Shown piece by piece: positions 36,234-44,874 of a stretch of DNA of 64,000 bases. The translations under genes were made by a program, and so were the position numbers. Below the pieces are notes generated by a model. That model was not told the origin of the DNA and did not search any database. It saw only the letters and a list, made by a program, of their open reading frames with translations. The stretch lies in sequence record MW825358.1. One strand, written 5' to 3'. The stretch's first letter is position 1. Every line of letters starts with the position of its first letter.

Positions 36234-36875
36234 ATGAAACTCAAATCGAATGAATCTGCTTTTACGCTATACTGGAAAGACGGTCGCCGCGAAATCATCG
36301 TCGGTGAGGACATAGCCGATGCGTTCCACAAGGCCGGCTACGGCAGTGGGGCGCTCGGTGCGCTGGACTGGTATGACCAGTTACCCAGTGATACCCATCG
36401 CTGGGATGCGGACAGTAAGGACTGGGTCAAGCGTACTCCGAATCGGTTCAGCGACATCAATAGTCCTGAAAAGATCTCTTCTGCCATGATTCAGAGCTAC
36501 TTGGAAGAGTACCACCGGGTCGAGCTGGAAATGCCGTCCAAGGATCTGCTCTGTGTGGATCTGGAATACAGTAGGTACCCAGACGGTTGGGCCCGGCACA
36601 TCCGCGTCTACACAGCCCACTACCACGAAGGCCCCTACTGCGATGATGGTAGTGAGGAGACCCATCACTACATGGTGGGTGGGACGCACTACTTCCATCC
36701 GCAGGATATCGACAAGGCCTGCGAGCTGGTGCACAAAATGCTGCTGGCCTGGACGGCTCGTCTTAAGGATCATCTGGATCTGGCAGCACGCAATCACTGG
36801 GATGCGCTTTTCACCCAAGACCACGGTCAGGTTGACATCAAAGAAATCTGCGACAACCAACCGGTCCTCCTCTAA
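36234..36875 (+). CDS. Hypothetical protein with an N-terminal FTLYW..G...AGYG.GAL.ALD domain
   Basis: AGGA RBS; 213 aa. Confidence 0.7.
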   Translation: MKLKSNESAFTLYWKDGRREIIVGEDIADAFHKAGYGSGALGALDWYDQLPSDTHRWDADSKDWVKRTPNRFSDINSPEKISSAMIQSYLEEYHRVELEMPSKDLLCVDLEYSRYPDGWARHIRVYTAHYHEGPYCDDGSEETHHYMVGGTHYFHPQDIDKACELVHKMLLAWTARLKDHLDLAARNHWDALFTQDHGQVDIKEICDNQPVLL

Positions 36876-36892
36876 CTTTTAAGGAATTCAAC

Positions 36893-37258
36893 GTGACACC
36901 AAGAACACTGGAAGAATTGATGGCCCCGCGTCGTCCTGAGTTGGCCAACGCCAAGGGTGTGTTGACCCTGGAGGAAGCCAAGCAGTGGGCTGACAAGTAC
37001 GGCCGTACGCAGTGCTACAGCGCCGTGGGTGTAGTCGACCCAGTGTTCTTCTTCACTGACGACTACTGCTTTGGGGTGGGCAACAAACTCCCCGAGTACT
37101 TCGTTCCCACCTCCACCACCTTGCCCCTCAAGATCGCACCCCGCCCTGGGTTCGAAGATGGGTGGTTGCGGACGTTGGACGAGTATATCTCCGTGTTCCA
37201 TCGCGGCGAGAGCTTGCTGCAAACCCCGCTGGACCTGCTGATCCACCTCAACGCTTAA
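36893..37258 (+). CDS. Hypothetical protein
   Basis: AAGGA RBS, GTG start, 121 aa. Confidence 0.65.
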   Translation: MTPRTLEELMAPRRPELANAKGVLTLEEAKQWADKYGRTQCYSAVGVVDPVFFFTDDYCFGVGNKLPEYFVPTSTTLPLKIAPRPGFEDGWLRTLDEYISVFHRGESLLQTPLDLLIHLNA

Positions 37259-37317
37259 CCCTCAACCCTCATAGCGCCCACATCCCGTGGGCGTTTTCCT
37301 CCTAAGGAGTCCGTTCC

Positions 37318-37737
37318 ATGAACACCACGAAGATCCCCGCCCCCGTGTTGGGTTTGACCGATATGACCAAGCTGAACAAGCTTTCCCTGCAAATGGCTCG
37401 TGAGCAGCAGTGTCAGTTCCAAAGCATGCTTGGTGCGATCCGCCAGCGTAACCAGGCCTTGCCCACCGGTACGCCGCGTCGGCTGTATGCGACCATGATG
37501 CAGCGCCAGCTGCGTGAGCTGCTGACATTGACCCAGGCCTATCGCGATGGGACCTTCGAGATCATCATGGAAGTGCAAGCAGCTGCCAACAATTGCTTGT
37601 CAATGCCTTGGGAGGCCCGCGAGGCCGGCCTGCGCATGCTCCATGAGATCGAAAAGGAAGCCCAACTCAATTTGCAAGAGGAGATCAAGCTCTGTCTTGC
37701 CATTGAAACCCTACGCGATGAACTGTTGACTGCCTAA
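37318..37737 (+). CDS. Hypothetical helical protein
   Basis: AAGGAG RBS, 139 aa. Confidence 0.7.
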   Translation: MNTTKIPAPVLGLTDMTKLNKLSLQMAREQQCQFQSMLGAIRQRNQALPTGTPRRLYATMMQRQLRELLTLTQAYRDGTFEIIMEVQAAANNCLSMPWEAREAGLRMLHEIEKEAQLNLQEEIKLCLAIETLRDELLTA

Positions 37738-37753
37738 CAAGGACAGAACCGAA

Positions 37754-38125
37754 ATGGAACTTGCTATCGATTATGCCCCCAAGGCGCCTCAGTTTCGCTA
37801 CCTGCAAACGGTGTTGATCCAAATACTCACACAGGGCCTCTACAATCCCAGCTTGATCATGGGTGACCTGGAAGCCCGCCGGGTGGAGATAGTGAAGGAA
37901 CTGGAAGAGCTGGAGTATCTGCGCAACACCGCGGGATTCTTTGCTTCGAGCAGTCCTCGTCCGCATTCGTTGAGTGAAGAGCAATACGCAAAGATCGTAG
38001 ATCGCAATGATCTCATGTACGGACTGTATCTGGAAGATCAGATTGCCGCGCAGGAGTTGTTGGTCACGATCGTGCGTGCACAGGTGGCGCTAACTCCGCC
38101 TGTGGCAGGTGTGACGATTCACTAA
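37754..38125 (+). CDS. Hypothetical protein
   Basis: AAGGA RBS, 123 aa, followed by a hairpin. Confidence 0.7.
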   Translation: MELAIDYAPKAPQFRYLQTVLIQILTQGLYNPSLIMGDLEARRVEIVKELEELEYLRNTAGFFASSSPRPHSLSEEQYAKIVDRNDLMYGLYLEDQIAAQELLVTIVRAQVALTPPVAGVTIH

Positions 38126-38170
38126 CAGCATAAGCCCCTCCCACCGTTTGGTGGGAGGGGCTGCTATGCA
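38126..38170. terminator. Bidirectional hairpin flanked by CATA/TATG
   Basis: GCCCCTCCCACC-GTTT-GGTGGGAGGGGC between convergent genes. Confidence 0.8.
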
Positions 38171-38187
38171 GTCTTTTCTTTTTGACC

Positions 38188-41103
38188 TTAGGTGGCCGTG
38201 TGCTGAATGAAAGCCACCGACACATCGTCTTGGACACCAATGGTCCCATCGGCCTTGGCAACGGCCTTCTTACGAATAGACAAGCGGGCAGAGTTATCCA
38301 CCAGCGTGACAGCCTCGTAGTTCTCAATACCGCCCAAGCCTGAGACATTCACACCAATGGTATCGCCTGTCACGCGGTTGCGCAGCGCTGAGATAATGGC
38401 CGACATGGTCACTACCGGATTTTGTAACTGCTCGTGAATGACTTCGATAGCCGTGGTGGTCAAGGCTGTACGCAATGCCGCATCGCGGAAAGCGGTGGCC
38501 GAGAGGTAATAGGTGACCGAGAAGGTCTGGGCCGCTTCCATCGAGACCGTCTTATCTTCCATCACCTTGGCATTGATGTTACCCATCGTGGACTTAGGAT
38601 AGAAGAACAAGCTGGTCTTTTCCAGCAGTGAGGACTGGACCGAGGCAATGTCCGTACCCAACCAACCCACCACGGTGGCCGGAATCGAATCCCGGTACTG
38701 AACGGTGGGTAGGTCATCGGAGAACCAATAGGCACCATCGACCAAAAACAGATCGATCTGACGCAGCATCTGACGGGTAGATTCCACCACCGGATTACCG
38801 TCGGCATCCAGTACGACATCCCCTGCGTAATGCTGCATCACCACCTCGCCTTGATCATTCAAGACCGGATCACCCTTAGCGTGTAAGATCACCCAAGAGA
38901 TCTCACCGGTATCAGGATCGGTGGTGTACTCGATAGCGCCGGTGACCGGATCGCGCTGGTAGATGTTCTGACTGTAGACCATGGCCTCATCAGACAGATA
39001 CCGGCGATAATCCTGCGAGCCTGCCACAGAACGCGATGCGGCCCACATCCCTGGCAGAGCCTCACCTAACTTGATGGTCAGTCGCTCATGCATCAGACCA
39101 ATGGCATCAGAAGGCAGGATGTTCGTGCCCATGTCATCATCAATCGTTGAGCGCTCAAAGCCTTCGATCTGCAACTGGTTGGCTGCAAAGTAGACATCAA
39201 AGTCGGTGGTCAAGGCGGTGGCGTACTCACGCACGGTATCATCAAACATCTGGAAGGTAGTGACGATGAGATTGTCATTACCATCCACGTCATACTCAGT
39301 GCCGATCACAAAGGTGTAAACACGTTCGCCTGCTTCAGTCAGACCCGCCAGGCTGCCGTTTTGATAGGCCTGGTTGCGCTCCCCGTATGGAGTGTAACCT
39401 AACTGCACAAAGACCTGGTCATCGTTGAGTTCTTTCCAGGTGGTACCTGATTGCAACACCAAGGTCACCAAGTAGCCTTCTTCGATGCGGCTGATTTGAT
39501 AGCTCTTGACCGACACAGACATAGCCGTGGTGGCATTTTCCGTGATAAAGCTCTTGGACTCGATGGAAGGTGCTTCCAAGTAATACGGGCGATGCTCAAA
39601 CAGATCATTGGTCATGTCCAGCACGTAGTGGAACGGACTGTACAGATACCGGTTCTCATTGATCCGGCGGGCCCGCACGTCCACTGGCAGCGCCTTGAGG
39701 TTATCTACCGTGACTTTGGGCACCACCGAGATCAGACCGTTCAGGTTCTGATACAAAGTGCTGGGCATCAACGTAATGCGATTACCGTTGTCCTTGACCG
39801 TGCTCAACCCCGACAAGGTTGCCATCGAGTTGGTCAGGGTCATCATCGTGCACCCTGCGCCTGAGATCGTGGACTGATCGCTGGGTGCGGGTAAGGAACG
39901 GGTGGCGATATACTGACGGTTAGTGACATTGTCAATATCCAACACCATGTCATAACCCAGATTAGCCAGCGTGGCACCGACCTGTACACGGGTGATCGGT
40001 ACAGAGGGCTTGCCCAATGAGTTGGTGATCACGCGCTCGCGCAGCTCAGCCAGTGACATTGCCGCCCGACCACCGGAGACGGTGGAGTCAGAGAACTGGG
40101 CCAAGGTGGTGAGGGACTTGAAGGCAGACATGTACGCATTGCCGTTAGGCAGGTCCAGATCTCGCCAGGTGGCCACGAACTGATTGGCGCTATAGTCAGA
40201 CAGCACCATCTCCATCGGCCCGCGGGTGGTGTAGATGTCCACACGCAACTCAGAGTTGATCATCCGCAAGGTTTGGTAGATCTGTGGGATTGAGACCGTC
40301 AAGGTCTGTCGATCCACCTGCAGCACCGCGGTGGGTACATTCGGATCAAACACCTGGTCGGTGTGCGTGGTGACCATTTCCACCCAACCTGCACTGGTAG
40401 AGCGATACACCCGGGCGTAATAGAAGTTGTCCGGGAAGGTAAAGGTCTTGCTGACCAGCTGGGACAAGTTGGTGGAAATCTGCTGAGACACAATGTCCAT
40501 CTGCTTGAGCGTAAGCTCAAGCTTTAAGAACCGCGTGCCATTGTAGAGCACTTGGCTGGACGGGACCACGTTAGAGGTCAGGGTCTGCAGCGGGGATAAC
40601 TGGCTGTTGTCAAAGACCACCGACAAGCCACCATGGGGCATGATGCGAATGTTGATCGCATACTGCAAGGTAAAGGCAACATCACCCACCACGATCTTGG
40701 AGTGCTTGGGGATGGTCATCTGCGCAATGCCCGTCGACTCGATATCCACCGCCTTTTGGTAGATCTCATCTAACCCCAAATACAACATGAACTGGGCACT
40801 AGCCGGTTGGGCAAAACGATCCACGTAATCGGCATTGGACATATGCAGATACAGATCATCTTGCGTCATGGCCATCGAGGGGTACTGTCGACGGTTATAG
40901 GCTTCCATCTCCAAGAACAAGGCGGAGGCATTAACCGCGCCAGCCTCGTAGAGATGGATGAACGGATTGGTCGGACTGACGATGTCATAGGTCCCATCCA
41001 GGACCGCTTCTAGCACATCCAAACCCTGACCGATGGCCAGTTCTGGATTTGCCAACATACGACGGGCGTTGGCCAGCCAAACGGCAGTATTAACGTTGGA
41101 CAT
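38188..41103 (-). CDS. Large virion structural protein, probable baseplate wedge (phiKZ gp87-like)
   Basis: 971 aa, beta-rich; VSGGRAAMSLAELRER resembles the gp6/BaseplateJ GG.D.E motif; synteny. Confidence 0.65.
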   Translation of the reverse strand: MSNVNTAVWLANARRMLANPELAIGQGLDVLEAVLDGTYDIVSPTNPFIHLYEAGAVNASALFLEMEAYNRRQYPSMAMTQDDLYLHMSNADYVDRFAQPASAQFMLYLGLDEIYQKAVDIESTGIAQMTIPKHSKIVVGDVAFTLQYAINIRIMPHGGLSVVFDNSQLSPLQTLTSNVVPSSQVLYNGTRFLKLELTLKQMDIVSQQISTNLSQLVSKTFTFPDNFYYARVYRSTSAGWVEMVTTHTDQVFDPNVPTAVLQVDRQTLTVSIPQIYQTLRMINSELRVDIYTTRGPMEMVLSDYSANQFVATWRDLDLPNGNAYMSAFKSLTTLAQFSDSTVSGGRAAMSLAELRERVITNSLGKPSVPITRVQVGATLANLGYDMVLDIDNVTNRQYIATRSLPAPSDQSTISGAGCTMMTLTNSMATLSGLSTVKDNGNRITLMPSTLYQNLNGLISVVPKVTVDNLKALPVDVRARRINENRYLYSPFHYVLDMTNDLFEHRPYYLEAPSIESKSFITENATTAMSVSVKSYQISRIEEGYLVTLVLQSGTTWKELNDDQVFVQLGYTPYGERNQAYQNGSLAGLTEAGERVYTFVIGTEYDVDGNDNLIVTTFQMFDDTVREYATALTTDFDVYFAANQLQIEGFERSTIDDDMGTNILPSDAIGLMHERLTIKLGEALPGMWAASRSVAGSQDYRRYLSDEAMVYSQNIYQRDPVTGAIEYTTDPDTGEISWVILHAKGDPVLNDQGEVVMQHYAGDVVLDADGNPVVESTRQMLRQIDLFLVDGAYWFSDDLPTVQYRDSIPATVVGWLGTDIASVQSSLLEKTSLFFYPKSTMGNINAKVMEDKTVSMEAAQTFSVTYYLSATAFRDAALRTALTTTAIEVIHEQLQNPVVTMSAIISALRNRVTGDTIGVNVSGLGGIENYEAVTLVDNSARLSIRKKAVAKADGTIGVQDDVSVAFIQHTAT

Positions 41104-41117
41104 TGAGGGCCCTTTTC

Positions 41118-42188
41118 TTAGGTGGTGGACGTTGCAGCACCGGCAGTGTTCTCACTGCGCAGGGAAGTCAGTTGTTGACTGGTCATCCACCACTGCAACT
41201 CATTGGTGTAAGGATCAATACGCGGATAGCCGTGATAGTTGGCCGCCAACAGTTCGGTGTTGGGAACCTGGACCAGATAGCTACCACGTACCGCATCGTG
41301 CATGTGGGGATTGAACAAGGTCACCACATCGTTGAACTCTTGAATCAAGATCGGGTCTTGATACATGGCCCCCACGCAGTGAAAGGGAATGGCGATCTGA
41401 CTGGCACGCGATTGCTCAAAGGGCGAATCGGTGGAAAAGTCAAAGGCCTGCCCTAAGGCAGAGGAAGTGGGGAAGGCAGCTCCGCAAGCGGCGATCTTTT
41501 GCACATAGGTGCGAGTGGGGTCCAAGATCAGTCGATAGATGCGCGTTTGGTAATCAATCTCACGCAGCATTTCTCGATCCGGGTAGGGCAGCATCCGACC
41601 TTGGTAGACCAAGGACATGTAGATCAGCCACACTTGGAACATTAAAGATATAGGATCGCCTGCCACGTTGCGGAAACTGGCATTGAGATCAAAGGCCGAA
41701 TAGATCGTATCGATACCATCGACCATGGTCCAACTTTCTTTGGCCAAGCCTTCTGCTGAGTTGTAATACTCAGCCACCGGATCTGGCCAACCGCTGAGGG
41801 AGATCAGGTTGTTGGACAGTAAGGGAATGAAGGCCATCATTGGATCATTCAGTAACGAGGCCTCGCCTGCTGCCTGCAAGGTGGCATCGACCTCAGGATC
41901 CAACCAGCGACGAATCGAGCCCGGATAATGGCCTTGTTTGATACCTTTGCCTGCACCTAAGATCGACAAGCGACGATCTGTGGCAAGGTTATTGTATGAC
42001 AAGTTCATAGCCGGCCGGGTGAAAAACGTCAGGCCCTGGTTATCTTGGTTATACGGAATCGGATTTCCCGACCCGCGGTGGTTAATGCCCACCAGTGCAT
42101 TGACCATACTCTCACTCAAGCTACCGATGCTTGAGTTACGAGAGATATAGTCCAATTGCTCCATCAGTTTTTCGTAAGTGTCACTCAT
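41118..42188 (-). CDS. Virion structural protein, tube-like (phiKZ gp88-like)
   Basis: 356 aa; GLTFFTRP motif; synteny. Confidence 0.6.
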   Translation of the reverse strand: MSDTYEKLMEQLDYISRNSSIGSLSESMVNALVGINHRGSGNPIPYNQDNQGLTFFTRPAMNLSYNNLATDRRLSILGAGKGIKQGHYPGSIRRWLDPEVDATLQAAGEASLLNDPMMAFIPLLSNNLISLSGWPDPVAEYYNSAEGLAKESWTMVDGIDTIYSAFDLNASFRNVAGDPISLMFQVWLIYMSLVYQGRMLPYPDREMLREIDYQTRIYRLILDPTRTYVQKIAACGAAFPTSSALGQAFDFSTDSPFEQSRASQIAIPFHCVGAMYQDPILIQEFNDVVTLFNPHMHDAVRGSYLVQVPNTELLAANYHGYPRIDPYTNELQWWMTSQQLTSLRSENTAGAATSTT

Positions 42189-42215
42189 GTTTTACATCCA
42201 GCAAGGAATTCAGAA

Positions 42216-43391
42216 ATGATCGGTACGTTTGCCGCAAAAACGGGCCTGGTGGGCGCCCTCGGCTTTATTGCCAAAATCACCAGCAAGTTCCTCACGATGC
42301 AGAAGAACAGTTCACTGTCCAACTTCACCAGCGTCTTGCGCGTCGAACCGGTCACCCTGATCGATAAGCGTCTGGAACGTGCGGAGTATCTGACGGATAT
42401 CTCCAAGACCATGTTGAGCCTGTTTAGCGGCTACTACCTGCAAGCTGCCTCTGTGATGGGCAATGTCGGTCAGGTCAATGTCATGCGCATGCTCGATGTG
42501 CTCAACCCGCAGCGCGATGGCTCAATGGCCGCAGCTTCGGTGGTCGATGCAATCAACGGGGCTAACCCGTCTATCGGTATGCTGTCGATGGAGTCCTATC
42601 AAGGCGCCCGTCTGCCGCGTCCTGGCGATGCGCTGGGTCTGGAAGACTTGGGCGAGGTGGCTTTTGACCGCAGCACCGCCGGTCGTTTCAAGGAGCTGCA
42701 CGGCACCACCAAGGCGGCCACTGGCGATAAGGCCTTTAAGGCTGCCAATGAAGTCAACAACCTGGCGGTGGGCAATATCCTGGAAGTGACCATTGACGGT
42801 GGCGAGGGCAATAAAGCAATCGTTCCGGTGTCAGTGCGTCTGGCCACAGCGTATGTGGATAACGACGTCCTGGTTCATATTTTGGGCGGTTCGGGCCATG
42901 ATAATTCCTTCAGGGAACGTATCCATCGCTGGAAGGCCGGTGACTTGCAGTTCGTGCGCGACATCTTGCTGTGTCAGGATATGATTGATGAGCAAAAGCG
43001 CCTGATGCTCAAAGACAAGACCGGTGCCCTGCAGGCCCTGGTTAAGCGCCGTGCCAACAACGCTGCCGCTGCTGCCACCACGGGTCTGCCCTCCATTGCC
43101 GGTTCTTCGGCCATCGTGATCCTGTCCAAGGAAACAGCCACTGATCTGGAGCGAGCCAATCTGGGTAAGTTGGCCAATGAAGGGTTCCGTCAGAAGATCT
43201 ATGCTCAGGCACTGGCCATGTTCATCGTGGTGGTGGACACCGACTATGAGACCGTGACGATCTACACCCGTGGCGTGGACCTACCGTCCAAGTACTCCAT
43301 TCGCGAGCTGAAGGCCTCTAGCAAGGGCACAGGTCCTGACGTTGGCGAAATCCTCAAGGCATACAGGCTCGGCATGAGCCCGATTCATTAA
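42216..43391 (+). CDS. Inner-body head protein (phiKZ gp89-like)
   Basis: AAGGA RBS before ATG 42216; SME site; size and synteny. Confidence 0.6.
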   Translation: MIGTFAAKTGLVGALGFIAKITSKFLTMQKNSSLSNFTSVLRVEPVTLIDKRLERAEYLTDISKTMLSLFSGYYLQAASVMGNVGQVNVMRMLDVLNPQRDGSMAAASVVDAINGANPSIGMLSMESYQGARLPRPGDALGLEDLGEVAFDRSTAGRFKELHGTTKAATGDKAFKAANEVNNLAVGNILEVTIDGGEGNKAIVPVSVRLATAYVDNDVLVHILGGSGHDNSFRERIHRWKAGDLQFVRDILLCQDMIDEQKRLMLKDKTGALQALVKRRANNAAAAATTGLPSIAGSSAIVILSKETATDLERANLGKLANEGFRQKIYAQALAMFIVVVDTDYETVTIYTRGVDLPSKYSIRELKASSKGTGPDVGEILKAYRLGMSPIH

Positions 43392-43410
43392 GTACCCGGA
43401 GAACATTTAA

Positions 43411-44325
43411 ATGAGCATCAAATCATTCCTCCAGTCGCTGGTTCCGCATTTTGAGCGTAACCGCATCATCGAGGATATCGATGGACTGGCCGTGGATCTG
43501 GAATCCAGCCTGATCCCGAGTTACGAGGCTGCCAATAAGCTCTTTGCCGGTAAGAAGTTCGCTTCCAAGCCGGGTACGGAGATGCAGTCCCTGTTCAAGA
43601 TCCGCCATCCCCAAGAGCGCGGTGTGAGCTTTATCAGCTTCACCCTGAGCACGCTGAAGAACCTACTGGAAACGCTCAAGATGATCGAGCGTTTGGTCCA
43701 AGAGATCTTTGCCCGGGACGTGACCAAAGACGGTCTGACCTTTAAGAAGGTGGCCGTGCTTCAGTTCCTGACCGCAGCGCGTTTCTACTGCGACTATGCA
43801 GGTCGTTATCTGCTGCGTGTGATCGAAGCTGAAACCCTGGCCCAGAAGGCCGGCGATACCAGCGGCCGGCTCGATGCCACACTGCTGCCGGTGGATCTGA
43901 AGTTCTTCAACGAAGGCTTTGAGGCCTGGCTGCAGGCTGCGCACCTGATGGCCATGCCCACTGCAGAGTTGGCAGAAAAGCTCGGTAACATGCAGGACCT
44001 GCAGGTGGTGGCCGATCGCATTAGCGTGATCACCGCCACGGTTGGTGTGGATCAAGTGGATCCGCTCAAGCTGGGCTTCCTGGGCGCTGCGGCGACCTCC
44101 AGCCCGGTCTATCTGCTGCGCTCGGCCTTTGCCCGCTGGCAGGTGGCTGCGCACACCATGCGTAAGGAAGAAGCCAAGATGGTGCAGCTCAAGCTGTTCC
44201 AGCTCAAGGACGCCTACGCCGGTCGCAACGATCCCAAGATCCAGGAACAGATCGAGTACAACGAAGGTCGCCTGGCCCGCCTGCGTGAAGAGCTGGCCAA
44301 CTTCGAAGAGCGCTACGGTTCCTAA
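43411..44325 (+). CDS. Head protein (phiKZ gp90-like)
   Basis: 304 aa; GGAG RBS; synteny. Confidence 0.6.
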   Translation: MSIKSFLQSLVPHFERNRIIEDIDGLAVDLESSLIPSYEAANKLFAGKKFASKPGTEMQSLFKIRHPQERGVSFISFTLSTLKNLLETLKMIERLVQEIFARDVTKDGLTFKKVAVLQFLTAARFYCDYAGRYLLRVIEAETLAQKAGDTSGRLDATLLPVDLKFFNEGFEAWLQAAHLMAMPTAELAEKLGNMQDLQVVADRISVITATVGVDQVDPLKLGFLGAAATSSPVYLLRSAFARWQVAAHTMRKEEAKMVQLKLFQLKDAYAGRNDPKIQEQIEYNEGRLARLREELANFEERYGS

Positions 44326-44354
44326 GGGGACCGTAGTTGCAAGGAGAATTTAAG

Positions 44355-44858
44355 ATGACAATCGTTGTCTATCCGCGCCTTTACACCTCGCGCTTGCCAG
44401 AAGGCGAGGCGGTGGTGGTCTCAGAGGGAGACCAGTCAATTGAGCTGCTGTATCTGACCTCGCTTGATAAAGGCACCAACATCAAGGGGTGGCCCTTCCA
44501 GCGTCAGGTGCTGATCAATGCCCTGCGTTTGTTCGGTGATCTCAAAGACTGGTTTGGTGACCAGTTGACCAATCCGAATCTGGTGGGGCATAACCGCCAG
44601 TTCATCGAAGATACGTACAACTTCATCACCACCGGTCAGCGTGCCTTGCCGGTGACGACATGGTATGACCTTGTCGAAGAGGGTGGTTTGCGCCATCAGG
44701 CCCATGCCATTCCGCAAAGTCTGCTGGACAGCAAGAAATTGCTGGAGTCCACGGCTTTGTCCTTGGAGCTGCTGCAACAGTGGGTCCAACGGCCCAATGG
44801 TGTGGAAGATCTGATCAACACCCTTCACCTGCTTTTTGGTAAAGCACGTTCCAACTAA
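44355..44858 (+). CDS. Conserved virion-associated protein
   Basis: AAGGAG RBS, 167 aa. Confidence 0.65.
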   Translation: MTIVVYPRLYTSRLPEGEAVVVSEGDQSIELLYLTSLDKGTNIKGWPFQRQVLINALRLFGDLKDWFGDQLTNPNLVGHNRQFIEDTYNFITTGQRALPVTTWYDLVEEGGLRHQAHAIPQSLLDSKKLLESTALSLELLQQWVQRPNGVEDLINTLHLLFGKARSN

Positions 44859-44874
44859 ACCCCTGGAGTTTGAA

